A program made the translations under genes and the position numbers. A model generated the notes under the pieces. It saw only the letters and a list, made by a program, of their open reading frames with translations. It did not search any database and was not told the origin of the DNA. Below, piece by piece: positions 1-11,943 of a stretch of DNA of 64,000 bases (position 1 is its first letter; each line of letters starts with the position of its first letter). Source of the stretch: Eledone cirrhosa (lineage: Eukaryota); the NCBI GenBank assembly GCA_964016885.1, contig OZ024741.1, positions 76,756,001 to 76,820,000 of the forward strand. Direction: 5' to 3'.

Positions 1-1308
1 TCAATGGCCGAGCTAGAGAAGAAATTCCAAACATGGAAGCACGGCCTAGAGTCAAAAGGACTTAAAATTAACCTGGCTAAGACCAAAGTACTAGTTTTTA
101 GGAAAGAAAACAAGGCGCCGGTCCCTTCTGGGAAATGGTCGTGCTCGGTGTGTAGGAAAGGCGTAGGTAGAAACTCCGTTTTATGTCCTAAATGCAAAGT
201 ATGGGTGCATAAAAGATGTAGTGGGATCACAGTTAAGCTAACTAAGAACATAGATTTTACATGTGGCCGGTGCTCTGGTGCAAGTGCCCACAAAATACTA
301 GCTCTTTCAATTGCGCAGAGGGTTCTATAGAAATAGTGGACAGCTTCCGTTACCTGGGCGATAAAATCAGCAGTGGGGGAGGGTGCTCTGAAAGTACTGT
401 AGCTAGAGTCAGAACTGGTTGGAAAAAGTTCAGAGAGCTTATACCACTATTAGCTGCTAAAGGGTTCTCCCTAAAAATGAAAGGCAGGTTGTACGATGCC
501 TGCATACGAACAGCAATGCTGCATGGCAGTGAGACCTGGGCATTGTGTGCAGAGGATATACGCAGACTAGAGAGGAACGAAGCTTGCATGCTCCGCTGGA
601 TGTGTAACAGTAATATACGTAAACGGCAAAGCATAAACGAACTAAGGAAAAAATTAGAGATAAGAGGGATCAGATGTTGTTTACTCGAGAGAAGGCTACA
701 TTGGTATGGACACGTGATGCGCATGAAAGTCGATAGCTGTATAACAAAGTGCAGGGCAATAAAGATAGACGGTAGTCACGGAATAGGCAGACCTAGAAAA
801 ACCTGGGACGAGCTGATAAACTCCGACATCACACACTTACACCTCTCCAAGACAATGTCACTGGACCGAGACCTTTGGCGGTACTCAGTAACAGAGAAGA
901 CCCGCCTTACCTAAATATATAGTAAAACCTACTCCAGCCAGTAGGCATCTCTAACAAAATACACCCCGTCCCACCACCACCACCCCATCCACACCACCCC
1001 GTTCTATGTAAAGTTATGTTGGTGCCGCGCCATCGAGGCCGAAACAAATGAGATCGTGTAGGTGTCACGACAAAAAAACACACAGTCCACGCTGTAATGT
1101 GGCCGTGTAGGCAACACGGTAAAAACCTCCCAGACCCACACTGTAAATGTGGTTGGTGTTAGGAAGGGCATCCAACTGTAGAAAACCTGCCAGACAGTCC
1201 TATGCGAGCAAGACAATCACTCTTGCCTCAAGTGGGACTACCCCCGTCCAAACCCATGCAAGCGTGGAACACGGACGTTAAACGTTGATGATGATGATGA
1301 TGATGATA
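1..1308 (+). mobile_element. RTE-clade LINE, 3' portion (RT C-terminus, PHD-type finger, 3' UTR, (GAT)n tail)
   Basis: ORFs 4..330 and 261..914 (frameshifted) give GLKINLAKTK, a C4HC3 finger, FRYLG, MLHGSETW and RLHWYGHVMRM...GRPRKTW. The 3' UTR ends in (GAT)n at ~1287-1307. Near-identical to copies at 15.7-19.5, 28.7-30.5, 50.3-51.6 and 57.7-58.5 kb. Confidence 0.93.
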
Positions 1309-1501
1309 TAATTATGGATGGTTTTCTGGAGGGGATCAGAAAAAACCCACACTTAAATAAGGTATTAAATATGTTAGTAGAGAAGAAGCATATATATATT
1401 TTATATAGAAATAACTTCTACAGGACTAGAACTGTTACATCCTGATGATTTCACATGAATGAAACAGTTCTAGTCATCTAGAAGTCATCTCTCTCTCTCT
1501 C

Positions 1502-1533
<32 letters not shown>

Positions 1534-1715
1534 TGACTTCTAGATGACTAGAACTGTTTCATTCATGTGAAATCATCAGGATGTAACAGTTCTAGTCCTG
1601 TAGAAGTTATTTCTATATAAAATATATATATGCTTCTTCTCTACTAACATATTGAATATCTTATTTAAGTGTGGGTTTTTTCTGATCCCCTCCAGAAAAC
1701 CATCCATAATTATAT
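1306..1715. repeat. ~410-bp near-perfect palindrome carrying hammerhead-core motifs (Penelope-like fold-back insert)
   Basis: ATATAATTATGGATGGTTTTCTGGAGGGGATCAG... at 1306 is the reverse complement of ...CTGATCCCCTCCAGAAAACCATCCATAATTATAT ending 1715. The centre is (CT)n(TA)n(AG)n at ~1510. CTGATGA...TGAAACAG occurs in each arm. Confidence 0.9.
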
Positions 1716-1894
1716 ATACATATATATTGCTGTGAGGAAGAGGAGGTGAAGTCTAATGTTTCTGCTAAAGCCTTTCATTGGAGAAAGATAAAATATTTAC
1801 TGATAGTATTGAATAATGTTTGCTGATAGTGCTGAATAACTATTTATTCCACTTTGTGAGCATTTTGTGAATATCAATGCTACTGATATTAACA

Positions 1895-2525
1895 CAGCCC
1901 CCATACTCACAATCACAACAGTCACCTTTTCAAACACTACCACCACCATCACCATCACTACAACAACAAGTAACATCAGAATTACAGCAATCACTATTTC
2001 AACCATTACTAATATTACAACCACTATTACCACAGCTACTTCCATGAACAGAGCATCAACCCTGCACATCAACAACTAACACAGGCACAGCAACCATCAA
2101 CACCACAAACACCACAACAACTAAACGAACAATCATCACCTTTGCAATTACACCTAGAATCACTGCCATTGCTACAAACACTATTATTACAGCTATTTCT
2201 ACAAACAGTGCAAAAATCTCCTCAGCTTCCACACCACGACAACCACCACTAACACTATTAACAATCACTATCAAACCACCTCTAACTTCACCCCCACCTC
2301 TGCAAAAGTCACAACCATAGCAATTACATCTGCATTCACCCCCAAAACAATAACCCTCTACCAAATCCTCCCCACAACAGTTGCCCACCATCACCACCAC
2401 CACCACTACCACAACCATCACCACCACCACCACCACAACAACAACCATCACCACAACCACAACCACCACTACCACCACAACCACCACCACCGATACAACC
2501 ACCACCACCACAACCACCATTATAA
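1895..2525. repeat. Low-complexity (CAC/CAA)n-rich tract
   Basis: Degenerate ACC/ACA triplets that produce spurious poly-T and poly-V ORFs. Confidence 0.85.
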
Positions 2526-2779
2526 AACCTGATTCTAGTAGTAATGTTCTGATCCTATCAATTGAGTTGCTACTTAACCACTTGACCTCAGTCAAATGGA
2601 CAGGTCAAGAACTTGAAGCCTTTGGTTATATATTCATTTATGTATTTATTTATTTAATACTGCAATAATTTGTGAACAATGGTAACATTAATTACAAGTT
2701 TACAACTATAGGCTCATTGTATTTCTGAAAACACTGAGTATGGCAAGGGAGTGTTTGTAACTCTATAAAGAACAAATAT

Positions 2780-2978
2780 CTATTGGCAGTATCTATTGGC
2801 AAATATCTATTGGAGTGTCGGACGCCATGCTTTCCAACATAGTTACGTCCCTTTACGATCTGAATTCAAATCCTGCCGAGGTTGACTTTGCCTTTCATCC
2901 TTACGGGGTCGATAAAATAAAGTACCAGTAATGCACTGGGTAATTGCTGGCCTTGTGCCTAAAGTAGAAACAATCATT
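2780..2978 (+). mobile_element. tRNA-derived SINE (family A, Nin-domain-like)
   Basis: B-box-like GAATTCAAATCC followed by GTTGACTTTGCCTTTCATCCTTACGGGGTCGATAAAATAAAGTACCAG...GGCCTTGTGCC; multiple copies in the window. Confidence 0.8.
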
Positions 2979-3479
2979 ATACATAGATGAAAGATATATA
3001 TACACATACAAACACACAGAATACACATACAAATATACAGAAATAAGGGATCAATGGAAAATATACTGGCTGTATAAATATTGCAAAATAACCACTTTTA
3101 TCTCTAAATATGAGGTTAATTATACTGAAAGAAAAATTATCTCATTACAAAAAACTCAACCCAGACATTAAGATGAAAAACTTTTCTTTTGAACTGAGCA
3201 CTATTGCAATATCAAACACAGTGTCTTTAGATTAGCTTTTTTACTATGCTTCTGGTAATCATTATCATCACCACCTTCGGGTATCATTTGCTCTCAGTAG
3301 GCAGAATACCGTGGATGAATCTTATATTATTCATGGTTAATCATGAATGTGTACGTAATGGGGTTCCAATCTTTTTCATAGTAACTGAAAAGCCATGACA
3401 GGATTTGAATTCAGAATACAAAGAACCCAAAAAGTAGTGCACTAATCTAATCAACCACCCTTAACTGTTACCGTATTTA

Positions 3480-3600
3480 TCAGCCCTGTAAAAACAAAAG
3501 GCAAAATTGACCCTAGCAGGATTTGAATTTACAATCCAAAGAGCCAGCATGAATACCACTAAGCATTGCATCTGATGTTCTAATGACTCTGCCAATAACA
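3480..3600 (-). mobile_element. Degenerate family-A SINE
   Basis: AAAAGGCAAAATTGACC...GGATTTGAA is the reverse complement of the family-A core. Confidence 0.55.
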
Positions 3601-3604
3601 TTCT

Positions 3605-3900
3605 AAGTCTAAAGTCTGCCTTAAGCCAGTTAAGGCTCGTTAGGCCAGTGCTTACCCCAGTTTCATGGCTTGAAGCAACTGAGCATACAAGACGACCCCC
3701 TGGACAGGACGCCATGCTATCACAGGTTTAAACCCCTAGCCCTCAGCTATTTCTGATACTCATTTCCAGCTGAGTATACTGGATCAATGTGAAACAAAGT
3801 GTTTTTCTCAAGAACACAACACGCAACCAAGCCCAGGAATTGAACCCACAACATTATAATTGTAAGTCCAAGATCCTTACCACAAGGCTACGCCCCTCCC
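3605..3900 (-). mobile_element. tRNA-derived SINE (head and central domain related to family B, different tail)
   Basis: Minus strand: GTAGCCTTGTGGTAAG (A box), GGGTTCAATTCC (B box), TTCTTGAGAAAAACACTTTGTTTCACATTGATCCAGTATACTCAGCTG. A related fragment lies at ~26090-26290. Confidence 0.7.
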
Positions 3901-4094
3901 CATTGCTAATAACACATTAGTCAAGTATTTTGAAGAAATTTTGTTTTGGTGTTTTTCAGAATCTTCCTTAACTGCTTTGTTCTTTAGATTTTTTTTTATT
4001 GTTTCTTTTTAATTACTATTGATGAGGTCATTATGAAGAAATCACTGAAAGACAGGTACCGGTCATAGAATACTTATAAATTCTGTTATTTTGA

Positions 4095-4290
4095 AATAGT
4101 TGCTGTTTAGCTTCAGGTCAGTCCTGATTCAACAGATCTATGATCAAATACACTCTAGTTGTGACCATCCAACACTCATTTTATCAAGCATAGTGTATCT
4201 AGAACTACATCATCCAATAAGCCTTAAGATGGTAGAGTGTCATTTTAGTAAGATCTGGTTGCTATTTTCTAGCAATCATGATAGTATTAG
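4095..4290 (+). repeat. Unclassified interspersed repeat
   Basis: TTGCTGTTTAGC..CAGGTCAG..CTGATT..ACAGA.CTATGATCAAA...GCTATTTCTAGCA. Diverged copies at ~9385-9590 (-), ~43530-43670 (-) and ~51760-51930 (+). Confidence 0.55.
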
Positions 4291-4844
4291 TAGAAATTAT
4301 AGAAATCATTTTAAAGAAAAGCTCCCCGTTCGACCCTCTCCAAAGAACTCTGTAATGTAAAAAAATGTAGTATGTTTGAGATTATCATGGTAATTAGAAA
4401 TATCTAATATCTGGGGCTGACCACTTCTTCAGATAATTCTTCTAATGAAAGACTGATTCAAAATTTCCTTCACTCACAACAAACTAACATCATTCATTTT
4501 CTTTTTTTTTTTATTGTTTTACTGTATTCACTCATACCTACATTGGTCACCACCAGGTCATCCCTCAAATTCTAGTAGTTATATTTGACTAACAAAGTTT
4601 AAGGTAGTAGACTTAATCTATTGCCCAATTTAACACATCAACCTGGTCCTTTGGTGCCTTTAGTAGAGTTCACTCTGTTGTAAGCATTCAAGCCACCAAT
4701 CTCAGAGGCTCTGAAAAAGTTCATGGGCAGTGCACTTGATGCTGACTAAGTGATAAAAAAAGTTGTGAACAGTCATACACATTTTGTAAAGCTATGCCAA
4801 TATGCATTATATTCATTCTTACCAAATCTGACCACCATTACTCT

Positions 4845-7830
4845 TAATAATAATTAAATTATTGTGTACAGCTCTCAGGTACACCACAACACGTTAAAAG
4901 TGCCTGTATAGTACATAGAATAATATACAAATACAGGGAAGTGAATAGTGTATGAGTCATGATATACATGTGTGCGTGTGTATGGAGGGGGAATATTAGG
5001 TGTAGTGTTGGCGAATCTCAGGAAGCATGGAGGTTTTAAAGGATGCAGTGTCTCGACAGCTAATAACTGATGCAGGTAGTTTGCTCCATGCTTCAGCAAC
5101 TCTGAGCATGAAAATATGTTTCCGAAAGTCATGGGAGCTGTGCTGTTTTCTGACTTTGTGGGCATGCCCACATGTGTTAGACACAAGGAAATCAAAAAGG
5201 TACTCAGGGTTGTTGTTGGCAAGATGGTTAGTAATTTTGTGAGTGTTTACCAAGTCAGTTGCCAGACGTTGGAGCTTCAATGTATCCATTCCCAGAGAAG
5301 CAAGGCGTTCAGAGTATGGTAGATGCCTGATGGAGGGTATTCGCATGGTTGCACGTCTCTGAACAGTTTCCAGGCGATCAATGTTCTGAGCAAGATAGGG
5401 GTTCTAGACTGGTGGTGCAAATTCTAAGTGTGGCCGCACCATAGCTATATACAGCTTCAAATAGATAGCTGGAGAGTGGCTGACAAAGGTCTTACTGAGT
5501 GATGCTAAGACACCCTCGGCCTTCTTGACAATTTTAGAGATGTGCTTCATCCAACGCAAATTGCTGCTGACCGTAATGCCCAGGTCACGTTCACAAGAAG
5601 ACTCCTTGATATTAGTGTTGTGGAGGGAGTATGTGGACGCTGGGTTTTTACTCCCAAAATGCATGGTGGTACACTTGTCCACAGCTAGCTTGGGTTGCCA
5701 GTCTGTGATCCATTGTTGCATTGTGTCCACGACAGATTGCAGGCAAGATCTATAGTGTTCAGGATCGGTCCTTTTTAACTCAAGGTACAGCTTGATGTCA
5801 TCTGCATATTTCAGTACTGTGGCATTCTTTAAGTTGGCATCTATGTCATTAATATATGCCACAAACAAAAGGGGGCCAAGAACAGATCCCTGTGGTACAC
5901 CAGATGACATCTCATATGGTGAGGAATGCTGTCCTAGAACCGTGACTATCTCTCTTTGACTGAGAATGAAGGACTTCAACCAGTTAAAAAGATCATCCTT
6001 CACACCCATTGCAGAGAGTTTTGCCATAAGTCTTTTGTGTGGCACAGAATTGAAAGCTTTACCAAAGTCAAGGTAAACAACATCCACCTATGGGCCGCCA
6101 TCAGTGATCCGGGTGATGTCTTCAAGAAACTTGATAAGTTGATCACAGCAACTGGACTTAGGGATAAATCCAAATTGCGAGGGCCAGATAAGACTGTGAG
6201 AGTTCCAGAAGTTCCAAAGTGTTTCTCTGACACAGGATTCCATCAGTTTGGCGATGCAACTAGTAAGACTGACTGGACGATAGTTCACAGGTGATGTGCG
6301 GTCACCTTTTTGGAACAGACGAATGACACTGGCAGTTTTCCACTGCTCTGGAGTAGCACCGTTGTTCAAACAGAATTGGAAGAAGCATGATAGCTGGTGC
6401 AGAAGGAAGTACCCACCTTGTTTGAGAAGCAGGTACGTAACACCATCAAGACCAGGAGAGGCATGGTTCTCTTTATTTTTAAGGTGACGTCGCAGCATTA
6501 CAGCTGTAAATTCCATAGTTGTAATAGAATCCGATGTCAGAGGTGGTGGAGACGGTACACTCTGGTCTTCAATAGTGAAAAAGCCTGCATAGCATTCAGC
6601 AATGAGCTCTGCGCATTCCTTGGGGTCGTCAGTAACCTGGCTTGTGTGGGGATTGCGAAGAGGACCAACTGGAGAGTGAGGTCTCTGCTTTGAGTGAACA
6701 TACTTCCAGAACACCTTACTATCAGGGCTGGTTGCTATGCGCTGCTCAAATTGAAGCACTGCCTTTTTTGTCACCTGTTTCAGATGGTTGGATGATTTAT
6801 TTCACTTCTTCCTATTGATATCTGATTTATGCAGTTCGTACTCACGTTCAGCATTGCGACGTTCTTTTCTGGCAAGACGGACTGCTGCAGTCTCCCAAAT
6901 TGCACTTTTGGGATGGTTTTTCTGCTTACGTGGCACCGATGCTGCACATGCTGTCCATATTGAGCTCAGGATGTTCTGGAGTACAGTGTTGACATCTCCA
7001 GAGTCGTAGAACTCAAGCCAGTTTGGACTTTGCAACTCGGTGCAGTAACAGTTCCAATCTGCTTTATTCAAGTCAAAGTGAGCAGTTTGGAGATGGTTAT
7101 GGTTTTTGTTACTGCCCATGAGGGATAGATTGGCAATGATCATAGCATAATCAGAGTCACCTAAAGGTTCCTCAGTAGTAACACTAATAACCGTTTCAGG
7201 AGTAGTGGTGAAGAGTAGGTCCAAATGTTGTCACCTCTTGTTGGGGAGGTGACTACTTGGGACCAGTTCGAGTCCAGCACTAGCTCAAGGAAGTCATTTG
7301 CACTTGGTTGCCAACGAAAGGTTTCCCAGTCAATCTCAGGGTGATTGAAGTCCCCTGCAATAAAACACAAGTGGCTGTTTTCCTGGCAACAACTCTGAGG
7401 ATATCACAAAGTTGAGTGTCCTGATGGTTATTTGGGGGACGGTAAACGACTCCAAGTAGCAGTGTTGACATGGTCATACGTATATCGCAGAAAAATACTT
7501 CCTGCTGCGATTGGTTCAAATCAACACAAGGAATTGCCGAAAAATTTGACCGAACATTGACCATTACACCACCCACACGACAATTAATGCGGTCTTTACG
7601 AAACAAGTTGTAGCCAGTTATGCTGAAAACCCCATCACAGAGTAAGGAATGTGCCCATGTTTCCGTGACTGTAATGAAGTCAGGGTTGATAATTTTGACG
7701 TAGGAGTCAAAAAGATGAATCTTATTTCATAGACTACGTGCATTCAAGAACAACAGTTTATACCTTGATTCCAGTCTATGATTATGTGCAGGGGATGGCA
7801 GGTTGTTCTGATTTAGTTTCCCAGAGTTTT
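4845..7830 (-). mobile_element. CR1-group LINE ORF2 (APE endonuclease + RT), multiply disrupted
   Basis: APE motifs FLNARSL, VTETW, GVVYRPP, GDFNHP. RT motifs NYRPVSLTS, QFGF, VYLDFGKAF, GVPQGSVLGPLLF, YADD, ERDLG. C-terminal RVAEAWSKLP. AT-rich tail at ~4845-4862. Split across at least 5 ORFs. Confidence 0.92.
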
Positions 7831-8041
7831 TTCTGTTTTTTTATTGTCAGTTGTTGTGGGTACAGTGTTTTCAGACCAGCTGGTATCTCTTCTGTCAAGT
7901 TCTATTGAATATATTTAAGTGACAAAGATCAATTGTCTAGTCACATATTTTATAAGACTCTTCTAATATTGCCAACTTTCACTAAATTAACTCATACCAC
8001 CATGACCATCATTGCTCTCTCTCAGATCATTTTAGTGAATA

Positions 8042-8900
8042 CTAGCAGAATGGCCCGGCGTTGCTCGGGATTCTAAACATAGATTGGCATGTTTATCCCT
8101 CCTTTCTGAAACAGTACAGAGAAGTACGGAATACCTCAGCCTGTTGGTGGTGTCTACATTTTGTGCTTATAAAAGAAATTTGTTGTAGATTACCAGGAGT
8201 TTAACTTAATTGGGTGCCTGAGAGTAAAATGTTCAACCCACGAAAGCCAAGACGATAGGGTTAAGTAAAAGGGCATTTGACAAACCGAACATGTATTTGT
8301 TGTGCTATGGTACAATGAAAGCAATAGTTACAGAGCAGTAAGCATGTGGGACTGCAGTGTTGGAGAGCATGAAGGAATTTAGTTGGATACTTTTACGGTA
8401 ACAGGCCCTAACGCAACCAAAATGCTAAACAATGCAGTCCCCGGGCAAAAATTTGAAATCTTTTTCAGTCAAGAAAGTGTGTGAAACATAAGTAATGCAT
8501 ATGCAAAGTTTTAAAAAAATCGGTTGGGTACTTCTCGAGTTACAGACCATAACACAACCAAAATGCTTTAAAAAATCGGTTTTTTTTGTCTAATGCGGTC
8601 CCTGGGACAAAAAATTAGAAAATCTTTTTTGCTCAAAACACTTTAAATGACATAAGTAATGCAAATTTTGAAGAAATTGGCTGGCTTATTATTCTGTTAT
8701 GCCTCAAAAAAGCCTTTAAAGCCTAAAATATGCGGTTTTTCGCCTAATGCGGTCCCTAGGGCACTGAAAGTTTGAAATATATTTTGCTCAAAACACTCAC
8801 ACGATCATAAGTATTACATTGTAAAGTTTTTAAAAAATCGGTTGGGTGGTTCTCGAGTTTTAGGGAGACATACAGGCATTCTCTGTTTTAGATATATAGA
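8042..8900 (-). mobile_element. Non-autonomous Helitron (Lep1-like architecture)
   Basis: On the minus strand it starts A|TCTATATATC (8900) and ends CCCGAGCAACGCCGGG hairpin + CCATTCTGCTAG|T (8042). Inserted between A and T with no TSD. Three internal ~150-bp repeats (AATGCGGTCCC...AAAAATCGGTTGGGT) at ~8385-8870. Confidence 0.8.
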
Positions 8901-9695
8901 TATTTGAGTGACAAAGCTGTCTACAGTCACATCTTTTTAAAAACTGTACCAACCTATATAACAGTTTTTATTAGTATGATTAACCACCACTAATGTTCTC
9001 TCAAATTCTAATTAATATATCTGAGTGACTGTCAAGGCTCAGTTATTGACTGTCAGGTTTTTTTGTAAAGCTGTGCTGACATTTGAATTAATTTTCTTAC
9101 TAGAACTAATCTAAGATTGAACACTGAAGAGATGTATTTTAAGTTGCATGTACATCATTTGTTGGACAAAGTTTGCCAATGCTAGCACAAACAAAACAAA
9201 ACAACTAAGTGTGAATGAACACACAAATGCCAAAAGTGAATTAAATGTGAACAATTGCTTACTCACCAGTCTCTCACTGTTGAATATCTTTTTAAATGTC
9301 ATATGTGTCTACATCTAAAATTTTTTATAAATACATGTGTTCTATGGTAGCGTTGCCAACTTTGCTTGGTTATTGAATATAACCAATAGAGAAGCCTCTG
9401 CACAGTTGTTATACTTACAACAAATAGTAGCTAATTTTCCTTCACATCATACCATACCATCTTTAAAACGAAAAAGATACATTAGATGATGTGGTTTTAG
9501 ATGTCAGAAGAAATGATGAGATAATTCATACCAGGATCACTTTTGATCATAGGTCTGCTCAATCAAAGTAGAGGACTAAACAATAACAACTACTATAGCT
9601 TTTCCATCTCATCTTCACATGAGAGCTTATGAACAGTTGTTCAATTTGCTAGAAATACCCTTCAATTCTCCCTCATATTGCACCCTACTATATAT

Positions 9696-10043
9696 ATCAT
9701 CATCATCATCATCATTTCATTTTACGTCCGCTTTTTCCCTGCTTGCAAGGGTGGGACGGGAACTGATGCTGGCTTGATTTCTACAGCTGGATGCCCTTCC
9801 TAACACCAACCTCATTTTACAGTGAGTGCTGGGTGCTTTTTTGCCGTGGCACCTCCACGACCACTTTGCAGTGGAATGATATGGATCTCAGTCCCTATCA
9901 TCTCATTTCTACAGCTGAGTAAACTGGAGCAATGTGAAATAAAGTGTCTTGCTCAAGGAAACAACACATCACCCGGTCTGAGAATTGAACTCACAACCTT
10001 TCGATTGCAAAGCCAATGCTCTAACCACTAAGCCACGTGCCTC
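9696..10043 (-). mobile_element. tRNA-derived SINE with RTE-type 3' tail (family B)
   Basis: TGGCTTAGTGGTTAG (A box), GAGTTCAATTC (B box), TCCTTGAGCAAGACACTTTATTTCAC central domain, tail GGTTGGTGTTAGGAAGGGCATCCAGCTGTAGAAA...(ATG)n shared with the RTE 3' UTR. Confidence 0.88.
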
Positions 10044-10242
10044 TATATATGTATATATATATATATAACGAAGGAAATGTGGTAAGGAACCGGGTGGACC
10101 ATAACGCACCAAAGTACTCAATACTTAGGGTAGTAGAGTGGGTAATAGGAACCAGGTCTTACTGGTTCTTATATATATATATATGTATATATATATAAGA
10201 ATAACATTAAGAAAAATGGTGAGATTACATAAATCATTTATT

Positions 10243-10328
10243 CATTATAATTATTTCAGTGGTCCCCTATGCAATCGAAGATGTAGCATATGCATTTATT
10301 GTTGGTATGGGAATGATATCTTCAGATG
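10243..10328 (-). ncRNA. Type-I hammerhead ribozyme motif (degenerate long stem II)
   Basis: Minus strand: CAT-CTGAAGA-[~60 nt imperfect hairpin]-GAAA-TAATTA-TA-ATG. Stem I CAT/ATG; palindromic stem III ATAATTAT. Confidence 0.6.
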
Positions 10329-10450
10329 TTATTCTTATATTGAATCTCCATCATAACTACACACTACGAATGTAGAAAGCTTTCTCCTGCTTACTCCTGT
10401 TTTTACCAAAACCATTTCTCCTGAACACAATATATATATATATATATATA

Positions 10451-11943
10451 CTTAGGGTAAACATTGATGCAATTCAATTCAAGCACTCAACGTACTTATT
10501 CCACATAGGAGTGACGGAGTAAATATCGTATAAGGAAAAGCGAAGTAGTTTTAGATGTTCAAGTCTTTTAATATGAGAAAGTTGACCATTAGCTACCGCA
10601 GATTTCAACGAATTATTATTAAAAGACTTGAACATCTGAAACTACTTCGCTTTTCCTTATTCGATATTTACTCCGTCACTCCTATGTGGAATAAGTACGT
10701 TGAGTGCTTGAATTGAATTGCATCAATGTTTACCCTAAGAATTTAGCTCCAATTAGTTGAGCGCTCTATGATGTAACCGATATGATGGAGAAGAGAGGAA
10801 CCAACCACAAGCTACACCCGGAAATTCCCTCTACCATGGGGATGGAAACCCCTGACACTGGACGGACATAATAATAACTTTCGGCAGGATAAATATGCGG
10901 AAACAAAAACAAAGATAAACCCCTATTTTCCTGCACCAAATCGCATTTGAACAGAAGCCCCCTCAATTCAATCTATACATGGACAAATTGACAATCATAT
11001 GGATCATTTTGCATATATGTACTCTATGTGTTTTTGCATTTATTCATTATTGGTTCTTTTCTTTTGTGTACTTTATATCTGTTTTTTTTGGTTTGTTCCA
11101 TGTGATGGGAATTATGACTATGTACCCAATTGACTACTGCCTTGCATACTGTAATTTACCCTCCGTTCTACTGTACGGTTCTATCGTTCAGTATGTGGAT
11201 AGTGTAACTGTGACATTAGTGCCCCTTTCAGAACTTCTTACTTAAACATCTCTCTGCATATTATTTACTCACTTCAATCTATATATTTTTTTTACCCACC
11301 CCAATCCGGATTCTCACTTTAAACATTTTTTAATTTCTAATTGTTAATTTTTTAATTTTTTAATTTTTTAATTTATAATTTTCTGATATTTGATTTAGGA
11401 TTTTTGATTTTAAATTTTTATTTTTATTTCCAACTCTCACTCATAACTTCCAATGTGAAACCATGATACCTAGAATTAAGTATATTTTCTCTTAGGGGTT
11501 GATGGTCAGTTGTACTGTCCATGCTTGGTGAGAGGTAGTATTGGGACCTGTAAATACTAACACTCTCCCATCCCCTCTGGCTTTCGGCTGACTGCCACAG
11601 ACGGGATGGGTAGCAGTAAACTATGGTACAGGCCTGAATGGGTCATTGTTTTTGGCTGAGAGGGGGAACTGACTAAGCGAATTTTGTTGAAATCTGCGGT
11701 AGCTAATGGTCAACTTCCTCTGGACCTGTGGGGGTGAATTGGTACTCACAGGGGAACGGATGAAGAACCCAAAAGCACACACTTCGTCCGTTCCCATGTC
11801 GATTCAATTTGGATTGCCTCGGAAACATAACCTTATTATGTAACAAGCTGTCTGACGATGTCGCGACACTGGTACACAGAACAGTGTGGACAGTGTCGCC
11901 ATTGAAATATATATCACAGAACATCTGAAACTACTTCGCTTTT

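Noticed and set aside
1797-2668. Poly-V and poly-T ORFs
   Set aside because: Trinucleotide low-complexity sequence.
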